Shown here: in pieces, positions 27,416 to 41,109 of the stretch
How positions within the stretch are numbered: position 1 is the stretch's first letter
How the letters are laid out: the number at the start of each line of letters is the position of its first letter
Source: Antedon mediterranea
Lineage: Eukaryota > Animalia > Echinodermata
NCBI RefSeq assembly: GCF_964355755.1
Contig: NC_092677.1
Location: 23,733,175-23,797,174, forward strand
Length of the DNA stretch: 64,000 nucleotides
Direction of reading: 5' to 3'
Notes under the pieces: generated by a model
Seen by the model: only the letters and a program-made list of their open reading frames with translations
Told to the model about the DNA's origin: nothing
Database searches by the model: none
Program-made: the position numbers and the translations under genes

Positions 27416-27605
27416 TTTTGTAATTGACCTATGACCTATGATTATTTATGCAAATAATTAATGTTTTGTATTTGATTGAATGAGGAAGATTTTTTTCATT
27501 TGCTTGTCTGAAGAGAACAGACAATCTTTCAACTTGAAACATGAAAATATAAAAAATACTTATTTTGTAATTGACCTATGACCTATGATAATTTATGCAA
27601 ATAAT
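27416..27605. repeat. 43-bp direct repeat, 147 bp apart, containing a DR1 element and an octamer
   Basis: ttttgtaattgacctatgacctatgat.atttatgcaaataat at 27416 and 27563. Confidence 0.9.
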
Positions 27606-29782
27606 GAATGCCGATTTCTTTTATTTACAGTATACACATAGAATGTATTACCTTGAAATATTTTATTTATTATAACATAAATAAAATAAATAAAATAAAA
27701 TACATAAAATACAAAAATAAAATAGTGTATATAATACTGAATACTGAATTAGCTTTATTTGTCCATTATCATATAATAATAATGATAGAAATTGTTCTTA
27801 AAGATTGGCAAGTATATATTAGTTCAATTAAAACAGATATATATATATATATATATATAAGCAAACAAAGAAATAGAATACACACACATTATTGCACAAA
27901 AACTTGCGATTAATAGTTTTATGACTAAAGTCCATTTTGATGATTGACAGAAATAAATTTATATTAATTTATAGGTAAAATACATAAGAGGTGATTAAAG
28001 TAGTTTACCCTACTCTGTTTTCAATGATTATTAAACTTTAATGAAATCAGAACGAAAATCATTGCCATGTTACATTTGACAATCAGCATCAGTTCGAGCG
28101 ATATCATCTATCAACGAAAAAACTCATAAACAAATTTGATGCGCAAGAACAACAACATCAGCATGGAATTTAAGACTTATGTAATGGCAGCAAGGGTAAT
28201 GCGATAGTTTAACTTGATGAGGTGTAAGTTGTGATTGGGCAAATATACAACTTCACCGAGTTAGCATGTTTTCGTAAGCAATTCACCTCACGATAACGTG
28301 TATTATCTTCTTTGATTGACTTGCTCAACTTAATAGTATTTATCGTTAAGTTATTTGAATGAAGTTGGCAGGATCGCTGGTGTTATTAATGAGATTAACC
28401 ATATTAATTGTCGCAGTTTTACAGCATACATCCATGCTTTTGTGTTTTAAACCTTCTTTTTTCACCTCAATGATTCTGGTCTTTTTAAAAAGAATAACTT
28501 TGAGTCAAAAAGTAGTATCAAAAAGTATAAAAACATGATTCACCTGTTTTTTTATTTTGGTTTTATTGTTTATTTTGTTGTTTTTTCCTGTCTTTTATTC
28601 TAGATAATGAACTTTGTGTACTTATCTTAAAATCAGGGATTTATAATAATTTTCAGCTATGAACTTGACTGAACAAATGCGTAGCTGAGACGTGTCGTCT
28701 ATTTTCTTTGTTAATCAATTCACTTGTACAAACTGTTTTCAATCTAAATATTATTATCAATATAATGTGTTTATTTGATTATTGTATTTATCTTAATCTC
28801 TAGAATGCTAGGGTTCATGCTGTCAGCACCATATCTCTAGTTTCCGTTATATTGTGTTAGTTCCTTTATTTAAACGCTGTTTTTCTTGAAGAGTAATTTA
28901 TTGACGTTGTTGTTTTCTTTGGTAAAACACAATACAGTAATCTATTTAATATAGCAGTACTATCATTTTCAATAATATTTTAGTTGATTAAAAAAACTAA
29001 CATGATTAGAATAGACTACAATACAGTGACAGGTCTAACAAAATAATGAAAATTGTGTTTCTGATCTGTTTAATATTTAGATAGAAAATACAAATCTGTT
29101 TATGATACGTTACTAAAACTACTACTTTTCTCTTATGGGTAGATTAAATCGTGACTGACTGACTACCATATGTTTCTATGAGCACTATTTAATCATTTTT
29201 TAAATATACTTTATTGTAGTATAGATTTTATACACTACATACATATTTCATCTATAAAAAGGACAGCTTCTTCTTGGCCTATGCCTACTTAACTTTGATT
29301 CTCATTCATTTTACAGGGATTTGTTTCCTTAAAAATAGGGGTGTCTCCTAATGTGTGTAGACACAGTAGTGGAAAATAGTTACAATATTTTTTTATGTTA
29401 AGGGAAATTGTTTCCTGAATATGTATTTATTATTGATACCTAGATTTGTTTCTGAAATGTCACACATGTCTAGAACTGTTATTACAGTAAGTTAAGGGGA
29501 CACTTTTGGGATCCAACAAAAGTCCTCTTAACAGGGTTGTCCCTTGTATAGGGTTATATATCCCCTTATATCGTCTATCTCACATGTAAAGTGTCCCCTT
29601 GTATGAAGTATAGGCCTACCAGTGAAATGTTGTTTGTTTTTAGACTTGATTTACTAGTGGGTTATAAAAACTGTTTAAACTTGATATGCTAAATCTTGTT
29701 TCTATTCTAAATACATTAATAAATCTTAAATAAAAACAAACAAAAACAAATAAATTTATTCTCCATAGATTTATTGAAAAGT

Positions 29783-29870
29783 ATTTATTTATTTATTTAT
29801 TAACAATATTTAACCAGCGTGGCCCAATCAGTCAAAAAGACTGGTCACCCTTGGGGCCCTGGGTACAATA
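29783..29870 (-). mobile_element. 5'-truncated LINE (CR1/L2-type) 3' end
   Basis: (attt)n tail followed by ttaaccagcgtggcccaatcagtc...gactggtc...ggggccctg, a stem-loop 3' UTR motif. Confidence 0.6.
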
Positions 29871-30049
29871 GTACATTTTAAACTAAAATATAAAAATAAC
29901 AGTAACACAATAAAACTTTGAGTATAACTCACAAATTTGTAATGTACATTTGTCAAAATTGTTGCCAGTTTAGATTTACTGCTCAAATTATTAGACATAC
30001 TGTAACATATGATATAATAATTGATATGAATTTTTCATGCTTTAATGAA

Positions 30050-30450
30050 TTAATTACCCTCTATGAATTGGTATTAATTGCACGCAAAAATGGCCGCATG
30101 GATTTGAATAAAATAGGCAAACGTTCATTTAACACTTTGTTCTTTTGAATAGGTCTGTAAGGATTATCGCAATTTACTCTACATTGATAGCGTTGCAAAT
30201 CCAATTTCAAAAGCGATGAATACGCATTGATAAATGCTTTGCGTTCAGTTGGAAGCTGAGTTACTGTCAATCATAAGTTTAATCCATTTATATTGGTGTG
30301 AAGTAGTGATGAGACACAGTCGTGAATCTAATTAAGATATCTTATGAAATTTCATTAGCAGATTATCAACATATATATGATGACTGACGTACAGTGTGTG
30401 GGAGAATTTACACTATGTTGTCTGGCAATCAACGATGCTGTCAAATTGTA
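30050..30450. promoter_or_regulatory. Candidate intronic cis-regulatory module
   Basis: Unique, homeodomain-site-rich (TAAT/ATTA), CTGTCAATCA at 30264, CTGTCAA at ~30438. Function is inferred only. Confidence 0.35.
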
Positions 30451-30629
30451 ATATTTAACATTTATACTTGCTGTTAAGGTCATGCTATTTACTTCTCTTG
30501 GGTCACCCTAATCAGGGGTACCCCTATTCAGGGGTACCCCTATTCAGGGGACACCACTATACACAAGATAAGGGGAGAGTTTCCATGAAAAAAACAAGGA
30601 GAATTATATTTACTACTGTACTGGGGGGT

Positions 30630-30835
30630 ACGCCACTCCTCCCGCACAAACGAGTCTGATTTACCTTCCCAGTACTTTTCACATACCGGTACCCATTTCT
30701 ATCACCTGGGTGGGGAGGAACAATGTGGATAAAGAATCTTGCTCAAGGACTCAACACTGCAGTGACCGAGCCCGGGCTTGAACCGACAACCTCTTGATTG
30801 CAAGTCCAATGCTCTAACCACTGCGCCACAGTGCT
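30630..30835 (-). mobile_element. tRNA-SINE with Meta/CORE-like central domain
   Basis: Reverse A box ctaaccactgcgcca, B box gggcttgaacc. Core ggtacccatt...cacctgggtgg...cttgctcaaggac. Confidence 0.85.
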
Positions 30836-33800
30836 TCAAATGAAAGAAAGGTTCTACTGTAATGTAGTTAGGATAATTATGTTTTTTAATAAGTTTCCCA
30901 ACCTACAGTACTTTACCTCCATATTTTTGGCAGCAGGATATTTTTTAAATTATACAAATATGATTAAAACTTTATTGCCATCCATGTTTAAAGTTTAACA
31001 TTAAAATAGTGTTTCAAAAAAACGATCTACTAATACTTTATTTAAAAACATTAAGAATTTTTATATATCCATTAAAAAGTATTTAAATAAATATATACAA
31101 AAGCATATGAAACATGTTTTTGACATACATGTAAACTTAAAATATTAGAAAAGTATACAATTGTTGATTTTAAATTCCAATTTACAAAATTTGATCTTTG
31201 CTTCGGACTATATCACACAACTATTGATTTGATTGATATTTGGTTGGAAAATCATTGTAAAAAATACATACAAAGTGATAGTATTGGAGAAATACATTTA
31301 TAGAAGATTTTCCAAGATAGCGAAAAAGACTTATTTCCATTGTATTTTGTTGAAATACATCAGAAATGCTACATAAATTAGATGTTTTTGCAAAGTCAAG
31401 GAAAAGGTTTAGAAGTTTTTTACTACACCATAAAGGAAAAAGCAAAAAGACTAATTCTTCCTAACATTTCAACGACCACATACAGATTTATTGCTTGTGG
31501 GTTATAAATTTTGAAAACACCAGTAAACATAATGGCGCACGCTATACTAAAAATTGCACACAATTAGACCCCAAGTGGCTGTTATAAACTAGCTTGTATA
31601 TCCCACTAATGTCACATTCATAATCATTGCAAGATTTGCATTGTATCTATGATACATTTGTCATCCAAAAATATATAATTCAAGAGAGAAATGTATATAA
31701 ATCGTCAAATGTTATTATTGAAATGAGACAATGTACCGTTAACGCGTGCCCAGCGCAGAAATAAGACCCATGTCTGTGTCACCCAGATACATGTATCGTC
31801 ATAAATCAGTGAGTTGATTTGCAAAGATGTTCAGTTTGTTCCACTCTTAGGAATGTCCTTAATTTTATGGTTCTTAAGTGACAGATGCTGTATATAAGTT
31901 TCTATTCAATCAATTCAACAAAAATCCATACTTACCTAGGAGTAACACAATTCATTTATAATTGGTTTAAAATTGTATGAGCTTTATTCACGTTTACGTC
32001 AAAAACAGGAAAAGGGAAGTCTAGGAAAACATAAAGGTGAGGTTACGTGTTTTTATGCTTAAATATGGATTTAGGCACCATATTCAAAAAGGATATTTTG
32101 AAGAGGAAGAAATTGCCATTTGTGCATTGAACCATTGGCGGTGATTAAGTCTCTCGTCTTACTTTAGATCGTAAAGAATCTTGGTATTCTTTTGTTCATG
32201 TGGTCTGAAGCTGAAATCAACGCATTCTTTGTGAGACGTCAGTCAAATCTTGCACGGAAATGGAATTTTTTGACAAATTAGTGCTAAGTCACTGCTTCTG
32301 AATAGGGTGGCTCAATTAATTCTTTTATTATATTTCTTTTAAGATAGCCTAAGGCCGATTTCTTTATAGTTTTGATGTTATAAAACTCTATCTAAACGTT
32401 ATATCATAAATATACTTGTGATCATTTTCTAAAGTAGTCTACTGCCCTCTCTCTAGTTAAATATTGGCGTAAAGTGATCAAATTTTAGTAATTGCAGTGT
32501 ATTTATTTTTCACGTACTGTATTTGATATCTATTGTATACCACATAATAATATCTCGGTATATTTATTCTTATATTGCACATTAAAATAAACTTACGCCC
32601 TGCTTAATGTCTGATCTGAAGGGCACCGAAAGTGTAATATTTTGCCTGCAGATAGCGCAGATGCAACTCAAAATGTTATTTATTTATCACTGCACCACCA
32701 TCTCTCGTTCATTTGTGTTTGTTTTCTATTAATTAAAAAATAACATACACTCTTTAATGATTTCTCATTATGAGACTTTAGTTTAGGAAACATTTAAAAT
32801 TCTAGTAATTTAAGTTGTGTTTTAATGCTACGTAAACATTGTTCTGTCTTATGCACCTTTTAGATGTTGTTTTTTTGTGGAACATTTTCTCCCAGAAACA
32901 CTCTTGGTATCTGGTTCAGTTTCTCTCTTCATATTTACTTAAGGTTCTTAGAAAGTGCTCTGATCCTGAATGGAAATTACCAATAAAACTAATTGAAAGT
33001 GATCTTTATTATTATACCTTGTTTATCTGTGTAGTAATTACAAAGATTGCCGCTTGATTTATATGACTGTATTAAGTTAAAACTAGCCACTACTATAGAA
33101 CATGTCAGGTTATCTATGCTGTAGGAAATTTACCCTTTTTATGAAGATTTATTGGAAAATATCTGTTGGTTTAAATCTATGAGAAATCATAGAATTGCGT
33201 AAATCATTCGTATATATGTGACCGTAATAATTATAATATAAACACGCATTGTTACGTATAGTATGCTAGGTAACATGGTCTGCACGGGCAGCCTATGGTA
33301 TGTATCATTAAAAAACCCAGTCCTATGTGAACTGTCGTGAAATGCATATCATTTCACGCAAACAGACACGGCTGCACATCAGTTCACAAATTATTAACAA
33401 ATTTGGAATGCGGGAGCTATTTTTGCATGCATTTAATGCGGCGCAGTGCGGGACCGAACTTTGTGCAAGTGTCATAGATCGGACTCAATTACAAGATAAC
33501 TACGCAGAGTTGACAATATTATGTAAATAATCATCCATGTCGTCTTCAATCATTATTCAAATAACATGAATTAAACATTAATACATTATGCATGACATTG
33601 ATTGGAACTGTGAAAGTATAGCTACCGGGGCAGGTTGCATTATTGGTTTTGTTCAGGTGCTGATGTTACAGTAGTCTACTGTTTATTTGAAGATTAATCC
33701 ACATTTTAATCCTGAAAAGATCAATTTAGAATAAAATTTGAACAAGAATTTTGATTTTTGAAAATGAAAAAATAAAGCTTGGTATGGGATTATGGTAGCA

Positions 33801-36800
33801 TTACCTTTTCCGCCATCTTAAACAATAGAACTTAATAATGGTGTTGTACCATTTAAAAAAATAATAAACAACGGCACAGATCAGAAATTAGGATAACATT
33901 TAGTTTATCATGTTTACAATAAAAATTAATGAAATTATGTGTGATTTTATTTTGTATTTTATGTATGTTTTAACTATTCTTTATTTTTAAACCTCTTCAA
34001 ACATTTTGAAAAGTATAGTACTATGTTTCTGAAAATGTCAACAGAAATAAATAAATAATAAAGTAAATACTTTATTGTAATATATTAATAACTCACAAGC
34101 ATTTGCTTTTTGCTTTGTCATACAGTCAATTATGTGGTTAACATGATGTTATTCCTATCAATCAATTGTTAGTTTTACCTTTTCATTGTCCAGGTGTAAT
34201 AAAGACCCAATTTAACCCCCGCCACACATGGCAGGGGTGACAATTTACCCCACGCTACCAGTAGAAATCAAAGTATCTTTTGTGTACATTGCATCGATAA
34301 ATATCTGCAATTATTATCATAAACTCTTGGTAGATAATACAATTTTGATTTGTGTAAATAGTGCTCTTCATTTCTGTGTTTTCTTTTCACGGCAACATCT
34401 CCCTTTCTGTGCATCTGGTTCCCAAGTTAGGATTTGCTTCAGTGAGCGTGTAGGCAATGGGTGACAGGTATGGCCAATAATATTGGAGAGTAACCGTTAC
34501 TAGTAACAACTTGTTAACAATAAAGCATTGAAGGTACTACTCGTTTGATTGTCATCTTCACGCATTATTGGCGTAACAAGCGCCGGATGACCTACCCTAT
34601 ATTGTGCATATGCCAAAAAGTGTGAATCACTGTAAAATTATCATTGAATTCTATAAATGAACAATAGAATCTGACTGGATAAATGTTTGAGGGAGGCTAG
34701 TTAGATATGATGCGTATTCTCATCTCTATCTGAAGGCGTTGTTTCTCACACCTAGCATAATAATTTCTACGTTTTGCCTAAGCATTATTGGATTCCAGTT
34801 GGGGCAGTTTCTGCTTGATTTGCCGTACAACTATGATGTATAGAAACACTGGCAAGCTAATCAATACGCATTTCTATTGAAATTGTAACGATTTTGATTT
34901 TCTTGCGCATCTTTTAGCTCATCTCTTTCGGCCAATGAATTTGTAAAATGTCGCATTAATTGGTTACGGGCAAGCGGTTGATATGAACACCTGGCTCAGC
35001 TGCTTTGGTGTTCTGTCACTCATTGTAGTCAAGTCTGTGACATCTTAGATTTGTGGAAGCATTCATATAATTTTTTTTTCCAAATTTAAAATGTTTATTC
35101 TAACTTTGGTTACTGTTTAAAAGCATTTTATTGGTCTATTTTACGGTCACAGACTACTTTTTTTTGGTAAAAATAAATCCCATATTGCGATAATTTTAAA
35201 ATTGTAGAAAATGTTAATAACCATTGTATAAGCATTGTTATTATTTATTATAATTCATTTTTAATAATTTATTAATTGTATTTGTTGTCAAATAACTTTT
35301 TGGGTGTGCGTATGGGAGGTAAATTTAAATCCAAATTCTATGTTAACAAAAAATGTTCACAAAGTGTCTTGTCTGCTTACCGAAAGTGTGCGCATACGTA
35401 TATGAAATACATTCATTAGACATAAACTGAACAAACAGGCTTCTAAATGAGTTGTTATTATGGGTGGTGGCCTTAAAAGAGTAAGGTGTCCGCACAGAGA
35501 GGTTCAACCTTATTTCAATTATTTAAAAAAAAAAAACCAGTTAATTTCTAGTTACAATTGATTTCATATTCAATTTTTTATTTAAAATATGATCTTTTGT
35601 TCTTTAAAAATTTTAATTTTGTTTTAGTTTAAATAAAGTTAATAATAAAGTCTTTTGTTTTCAGAAATCATCACACATGTGTACATTGATTATAACAATT
35701 ACAATTAAACAGATATGATAGTTATCATCCTTTTGTTCTGATGGCCTGGTTTTCCCACTAGTGCTCATGTGCCTATTCTCCAGGTAATTAGAGCGTGTGG
35801 GGGAGATGCATGCGTATGATGTGGGTAAGCTTGATCAATATTGATAGAATGCTCCTTGTTAGTCATATGACCTTGACGCAAGTGGAATCTGTTGGTTCAG
35901 CCGTGGTTGGTCAATACTGTTCCCACATTAAATCTAATGGTTTTTTAAATAGTTATCTTTTCTTGATAATTGACTATTTTTGCTAAATCAACACACAGAA
36001 ATTTCGTAACTATAAGAATAGAATAATTATTTCTCTGTGTCTGTCACTAGCTAATTTAAAGTACTTAAAGATAAATACAATAATCATCTATCACTATTTG
36101 GCAACAACAAATATTTGTAACAAACAAACATATAACAATAATAACAATTCCTGTGTTGAACGTTTCTTCCACATTTTTCATTACATTGAGTGTCGAGTCA
36201 ACTACGCCCTCTCTTTATTTTTTATGTATAAACTGTAATTGTTTAACTAGATAGGGGATTTTCCCGCAAATTAAAATGTTTAACACATGTATAGAACATT
36301 CATAGTTTCATTTTTATTTATTGACATTACTTGGTCAATTTGTTGTGACAGTTGTGATAGTTGCTAATGCTAGTTGAAATTTTCAAAACCAGCTAATGTT
36401 TGTTGGTTGTACTTTTGAAGGAAAAAAAAGTTACTTTTACAGATTTCTCTAAATTCCCTTTGTAGAATTAATTCATTAATTAAAAAGTTAAGTTCTCATT
36501 TTGCTAATTAGATTTTTTACAACTAGCAAATGTCTATTCATGTACCCTGCAAAACAAGGTAAATTTTCATTAACAAAAATACAAATTGTGCGCTTTAACA
36601 TTATCTGTGATACCGAATTGTGAGAGGTGAAAATGTAGGCTTTAGAGTGTTTGCTACGGAAGGTGTCCGCTTACAAGTTGTTTCCGCACAGGGAGTTTCA
36701 ACTGTATTTAGATTTATAATATTTACAGACAAATGCTGCTTACAGAGATTAAATCCTTATTAATTATACTACAGAGATTAATGAAAGGTTAATTTAAGTA

Positions 36801-37019
36801 CGCAACTAATCCTTTATGATTGAATTTTATTTCAATAGGCAAGTGCTCATTGTGTAATTATAGGTTACAATAGATGTGATAAACTCGTGATTTAAGCCTT
36901 GTAAATCTGTTGGGTTCAATCCAATTTATATTGATCTTTTTAAATCATGTCATATGTATTGATTAAATTAGGTGGTATAAGGTTATTCATAAATTTGTTA
37001 ACTAGCAATTTGATTCACA

Positions 37020-37850
37020 AGCTACCCTAGATTTTAAATCCCTAAAATTCATGTAATCCTTGATATACAAGCTACCCTGGATATATTAGCTGTCCTGGAT
37101 AGTGTTAGCTATCCTGGATATATTAGCTATCCTGGATAGTGTTAGCTATCCTGGATATATTAGCTATCCTGGATAGTGTTAGCTATCCTGGATATATTAG
37201 CTATCCTGGATAGTGTTAGCTATCCTGGATATATTAGCTAACCTGGATATATTAGCTACCCTGGATATATTAGCTATCCTGGATAGTGTTAGCTATCCTG
37301 GATATATTAGCTAACCTGGATATACCATTTATATTAACAACCCTAGATATATTAATTATCCTAGATTTATCAGCTACCCTGGATAACTATCCTGTGTATT
37401 AATAGTTCCTGGCTAAATTAGCTACCCTGGATATATTAGCTATCCTGGATAGTATTGTAGCTATCCTGGATAGTGTTGGCTATCCAGGATGGGTTCGAAT
37501 CCCATGAGCAACTTCTTTTTACTTGGGGAGGGACAGATTAGTTAGAAAGTAGTTTGGCTATCTTTCACATAAGGAGTCCCCAACTTATGAACGAAAAAAG
37601 AAAACATCGCATCCTCGATAGTATTTGCTATCTAGGATAGGCCTACATTAGCTACCCTGGATATACAGTACCACTCATATTAACTACCCTGGATATATTA
37701 ACTATCTTAGACTTATTAGCTACCCTGGATAACTATCCTGGGTATTAGTAGTCTTGGATATAGGCATATTAGCTACCCAGGATAGTATTAACTTGGATAT
37801 AAAATATATTGGATATAGTAGTTACCCTGGATTTATTAGCTACCTTCGAT
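37020..37850. repeat. 18/19-bp minisatellite (tatattagctatcctgga / tagtgttagctatcctgga) interrupted by a TE fragment at ~37490-37620
   Basis: Direct tandem units visible. The insert matches the reverse complement of the 57175-57330 element. Confidence 0.92.
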
Positions 37851-38599
37851 TCTCAAATTAAGATAGTTTTTTTTAAAGTTCATTGGTTTTGTGATTCATA
37901 ATTTGTTACAGATATTTTGTACTTTTAATTATAAGTACATTTTATAAATATTAAATGAAACATCAAACTCAAATTTTAAAAAGAATAATGTATCAGAAAA
38001 ATACTACAGTAAATCTTCCAATTCTCTAAAAACTCACAAAATAACAAAAAAACAAAACCGTTTAACTGAGCATCTTTTTCTCAGATCACCTGCATTCTTG
38101 GTTTCAAACAGCTTATGCTATTTTGTCAATTAAGAAACGTTTATGAATTTAATGGTTGATCTGGCATGAACATTGGTATACATTGCTATATTACACAAAC
38201 ATCTCTTGACTTTATAAAAATCTTCCGCACTGCTGCACTTTTCATTTGTGAAACGCTTTTTTTACTTAAATATGGTAAACAATCTTCTTGTAAACAAGTT
38301 TAAGAAAAATAAAGAATATAATTGTGAGGTGTTGCAAAAACCAAGGTGTTTATTTGGTTTGATGAGAAAAACACATCATTTGCATTTTATTTTAGGGTAT
38401 TTGTGTGCATAAAATGAAACTTTGCACTAAAATTTGAACCACTCTTTCCTAAAGCAAAAAATTAAGAATTGGTATTACCAAATGTACCATACTGGTTTGA
38501 GCACGATATCTTCTCAACAGATTCCCTTAGGCCATATAGGAAAAATTAATTGTTTATCGTACCTCCCTGAATTCAACCCAACATTTTTTTTCCTATTTT

Positions 38600-39262
38600 T
38601 TACCTCCGCCAAGGAGGTATATGTAATCGGTAGCGTGTGTTTGTTTGTTTGTTTGTTAGCAGGATTACTCAAAAAGTAATTACAAGATCTTTACAAAAAT
38701 GAATAGACATATAGATATGTGGTCAAGGACCATTCCATTAAATTTTGGGACCATTTGGGACCCAATTCTGGACCACTTTTTAGTATACTTTTTTAGACCT
38801 GCTAGTGTTAAAAGATAGGACAGAATTTTTCAAAATCCGGCGAGCAGTCTTAAAGTAACAAGTAAACTGAAATTGCATTTTCTCGAGAACTACTTGTCCA
38901 AAAAACTTCATTTTTTAACAAGAGGCAAGAGTTATAATTTGTGATTTGTAATTTAAAAAAAAAACATAATCTGATTTAATGTGCACGTTTTTTGATGCGG
39001 GTAGTTTAAAAAACCTATTTCTTTTCAAATTCACTCGTTTGATTTTCGCGTTGCTGTTCTATTGTTAGTCCACTGAAGCTATTGTTAATTGAAAGGCTTG
39101 TTACATAACCATACACATGCTTGTAATGAAATTAGCCTAATTCACAAACAGCATTAAGACACGCACAAATATATATATATATTTTTTTTTTACCGGAGAA
39201 ATCTTATGTAGGAGAATTTTACAGTAGGCGGAGGTATGCCCTCTCGGAGTGGTTTTCTAGTT
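38600..39262 (-). mobile_element. Helentron/HINE element, copy 3 (inverted)
   Basis: ttacctccgccaagg...(tttg)n ... ggcggaggtatg...ctagtt, the reverse complement of copies 1 and 2. Confidence 0.87.
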
Positions 39263-41109
39263 ACTATAATGAATGGGTTAAGAGTTTGTCTTACCAAAAA
39301 TAGACCAGACCTGACAAATGGAATAGATAGATATACAGTTAACCATGATAGTGAAACTACATTAATAAAATACTTTCCACATATAATCTCTGAATCCTAA
39401 ATAATTTTAAATTAAATTTCATTGATATTTTCAATCTGTTTAATTTTTTTTTACTTTATTGGTTTTTGTTATTCGATAAAATTGTACCTTATTTCTTATT
39501 TTAGGCAGCCCCTCACAAGTTTCGCTTTTTGGGGTTTGCACAAACTTTGTAAATGAAAAGGAAAAGAGAAATAAATGTATAAGTTGCTTATACTAATAAT
39601 ATAATAACAATTGTTTATTCTGTTGTATTGTGTAATGTATTTTAGGTTAAGTTTATATATTCCACAATTTTGATAAAATAGGACGATAAACAATTATTTT
39701 CATTTATTTCTGTCTTTATTATGAAGACACCTTTAGTATCGTAGTACTGATATCACTAGTGGATCACATACAAAATCAGGCATACAAAAGTAAAAACAAT
39801 TTTTTAAATTCATTTACATTTATTTAGCCATCCTTTATAATTACAATTTCAGTATATAATTGTGGCAAGGATCCTGCATAGAGAAATTTACAGTTCTGTT
39901 TTAAAAATAAAAACATTAAAAAAATAAAACACAATATAAATTAAATAAAAGGGAGAAAGAAACGACATTTTTTATATACTTTTATTGTTGTTCATCAACA
40001 TAAACAATATAAGAAAAGTGAAATATAACAAAAAGAAAAGTAAAAACAAAATAAGTATTAAAGCCTGCAATCAGGTACTTTAAAAATTATTCTTTAAGAA
40101 CTTTAAAAGTAAAATTATTATATAAAATTAAAAAACATTATTAAAAAAGGTATAATCGTTTAATTCTTTAAAAAAAATTCTTGTATCAGAAATTAAGCTG
40201 TTCATCAATATGGATTGATACCTTTTAAATGTGTTTACGTTCCACGACTCTTTTAAAATTAATCATATTATGTGATATCAAATTTTATCCCAAATTCCTA
40301 ATTTGGTATATTCTTTATACTTGTATGCATTTATATTCATTTATCTCAGATTTCAATTTGTCAATTTTAACTTTTAAACAAATAAAAACTTGTAAACTAT
40401 CCGCACAAACCCGCGTCCACTGAGACAGCTGCATAGGGCGGCCTATTGATTAAGAGACACCCTTGTCATCAAAATATCAAGAAGCACAATAATCATTGAT
40501 AGTGTTTTATTCTTTAATTGGAATAACATAGACAGTATTGTGACACATTGTAACAAATGAGAAAATGACACTCTGTGAAATAAACTAGCCTATATGCTTG
40601 ATTATGTCGATTGCTTGATGCTATTGTCTGTGTTTGACTCGCGATTCGTAAATTTACCTTTGTGCCTTGTACATAAACAAGGCTCCTTCGTTGGTTACTT
40701 TGTTCTTGATGAATTTTCTCCTGTTATTGATACTCGAACTGAAATCGCTTCACTGGGTTTCATTTCTAAACTGATTTTAGTCCGAGCAAGAAGTTATATA
40801 CAGAAATAATAAGTCCTTGGTCAGAGGACATCGGTACCTAAAAATCATGCATTGTTTGTTAAATCATGCGGTCAAATGGTTGCTCCTACATATGTGTGTT
40901 TTCTTTATCTTGATATTTACCAAAATTCTTGCATTTTACAGCAAAACATAAAAAATTCGAAAATACACATCAAAGAAAAAACAAAAAATGTAAAAAATAA
41001 AATTTTCGAATATGAAAATATAAATGAAAAAATTAGAGTTGTATTTTGTTTGTGTGTGAAGATTTATTAAATTTAAAGTTAGAGAATGTATGTAATTATA
41101 TTATTTAAT

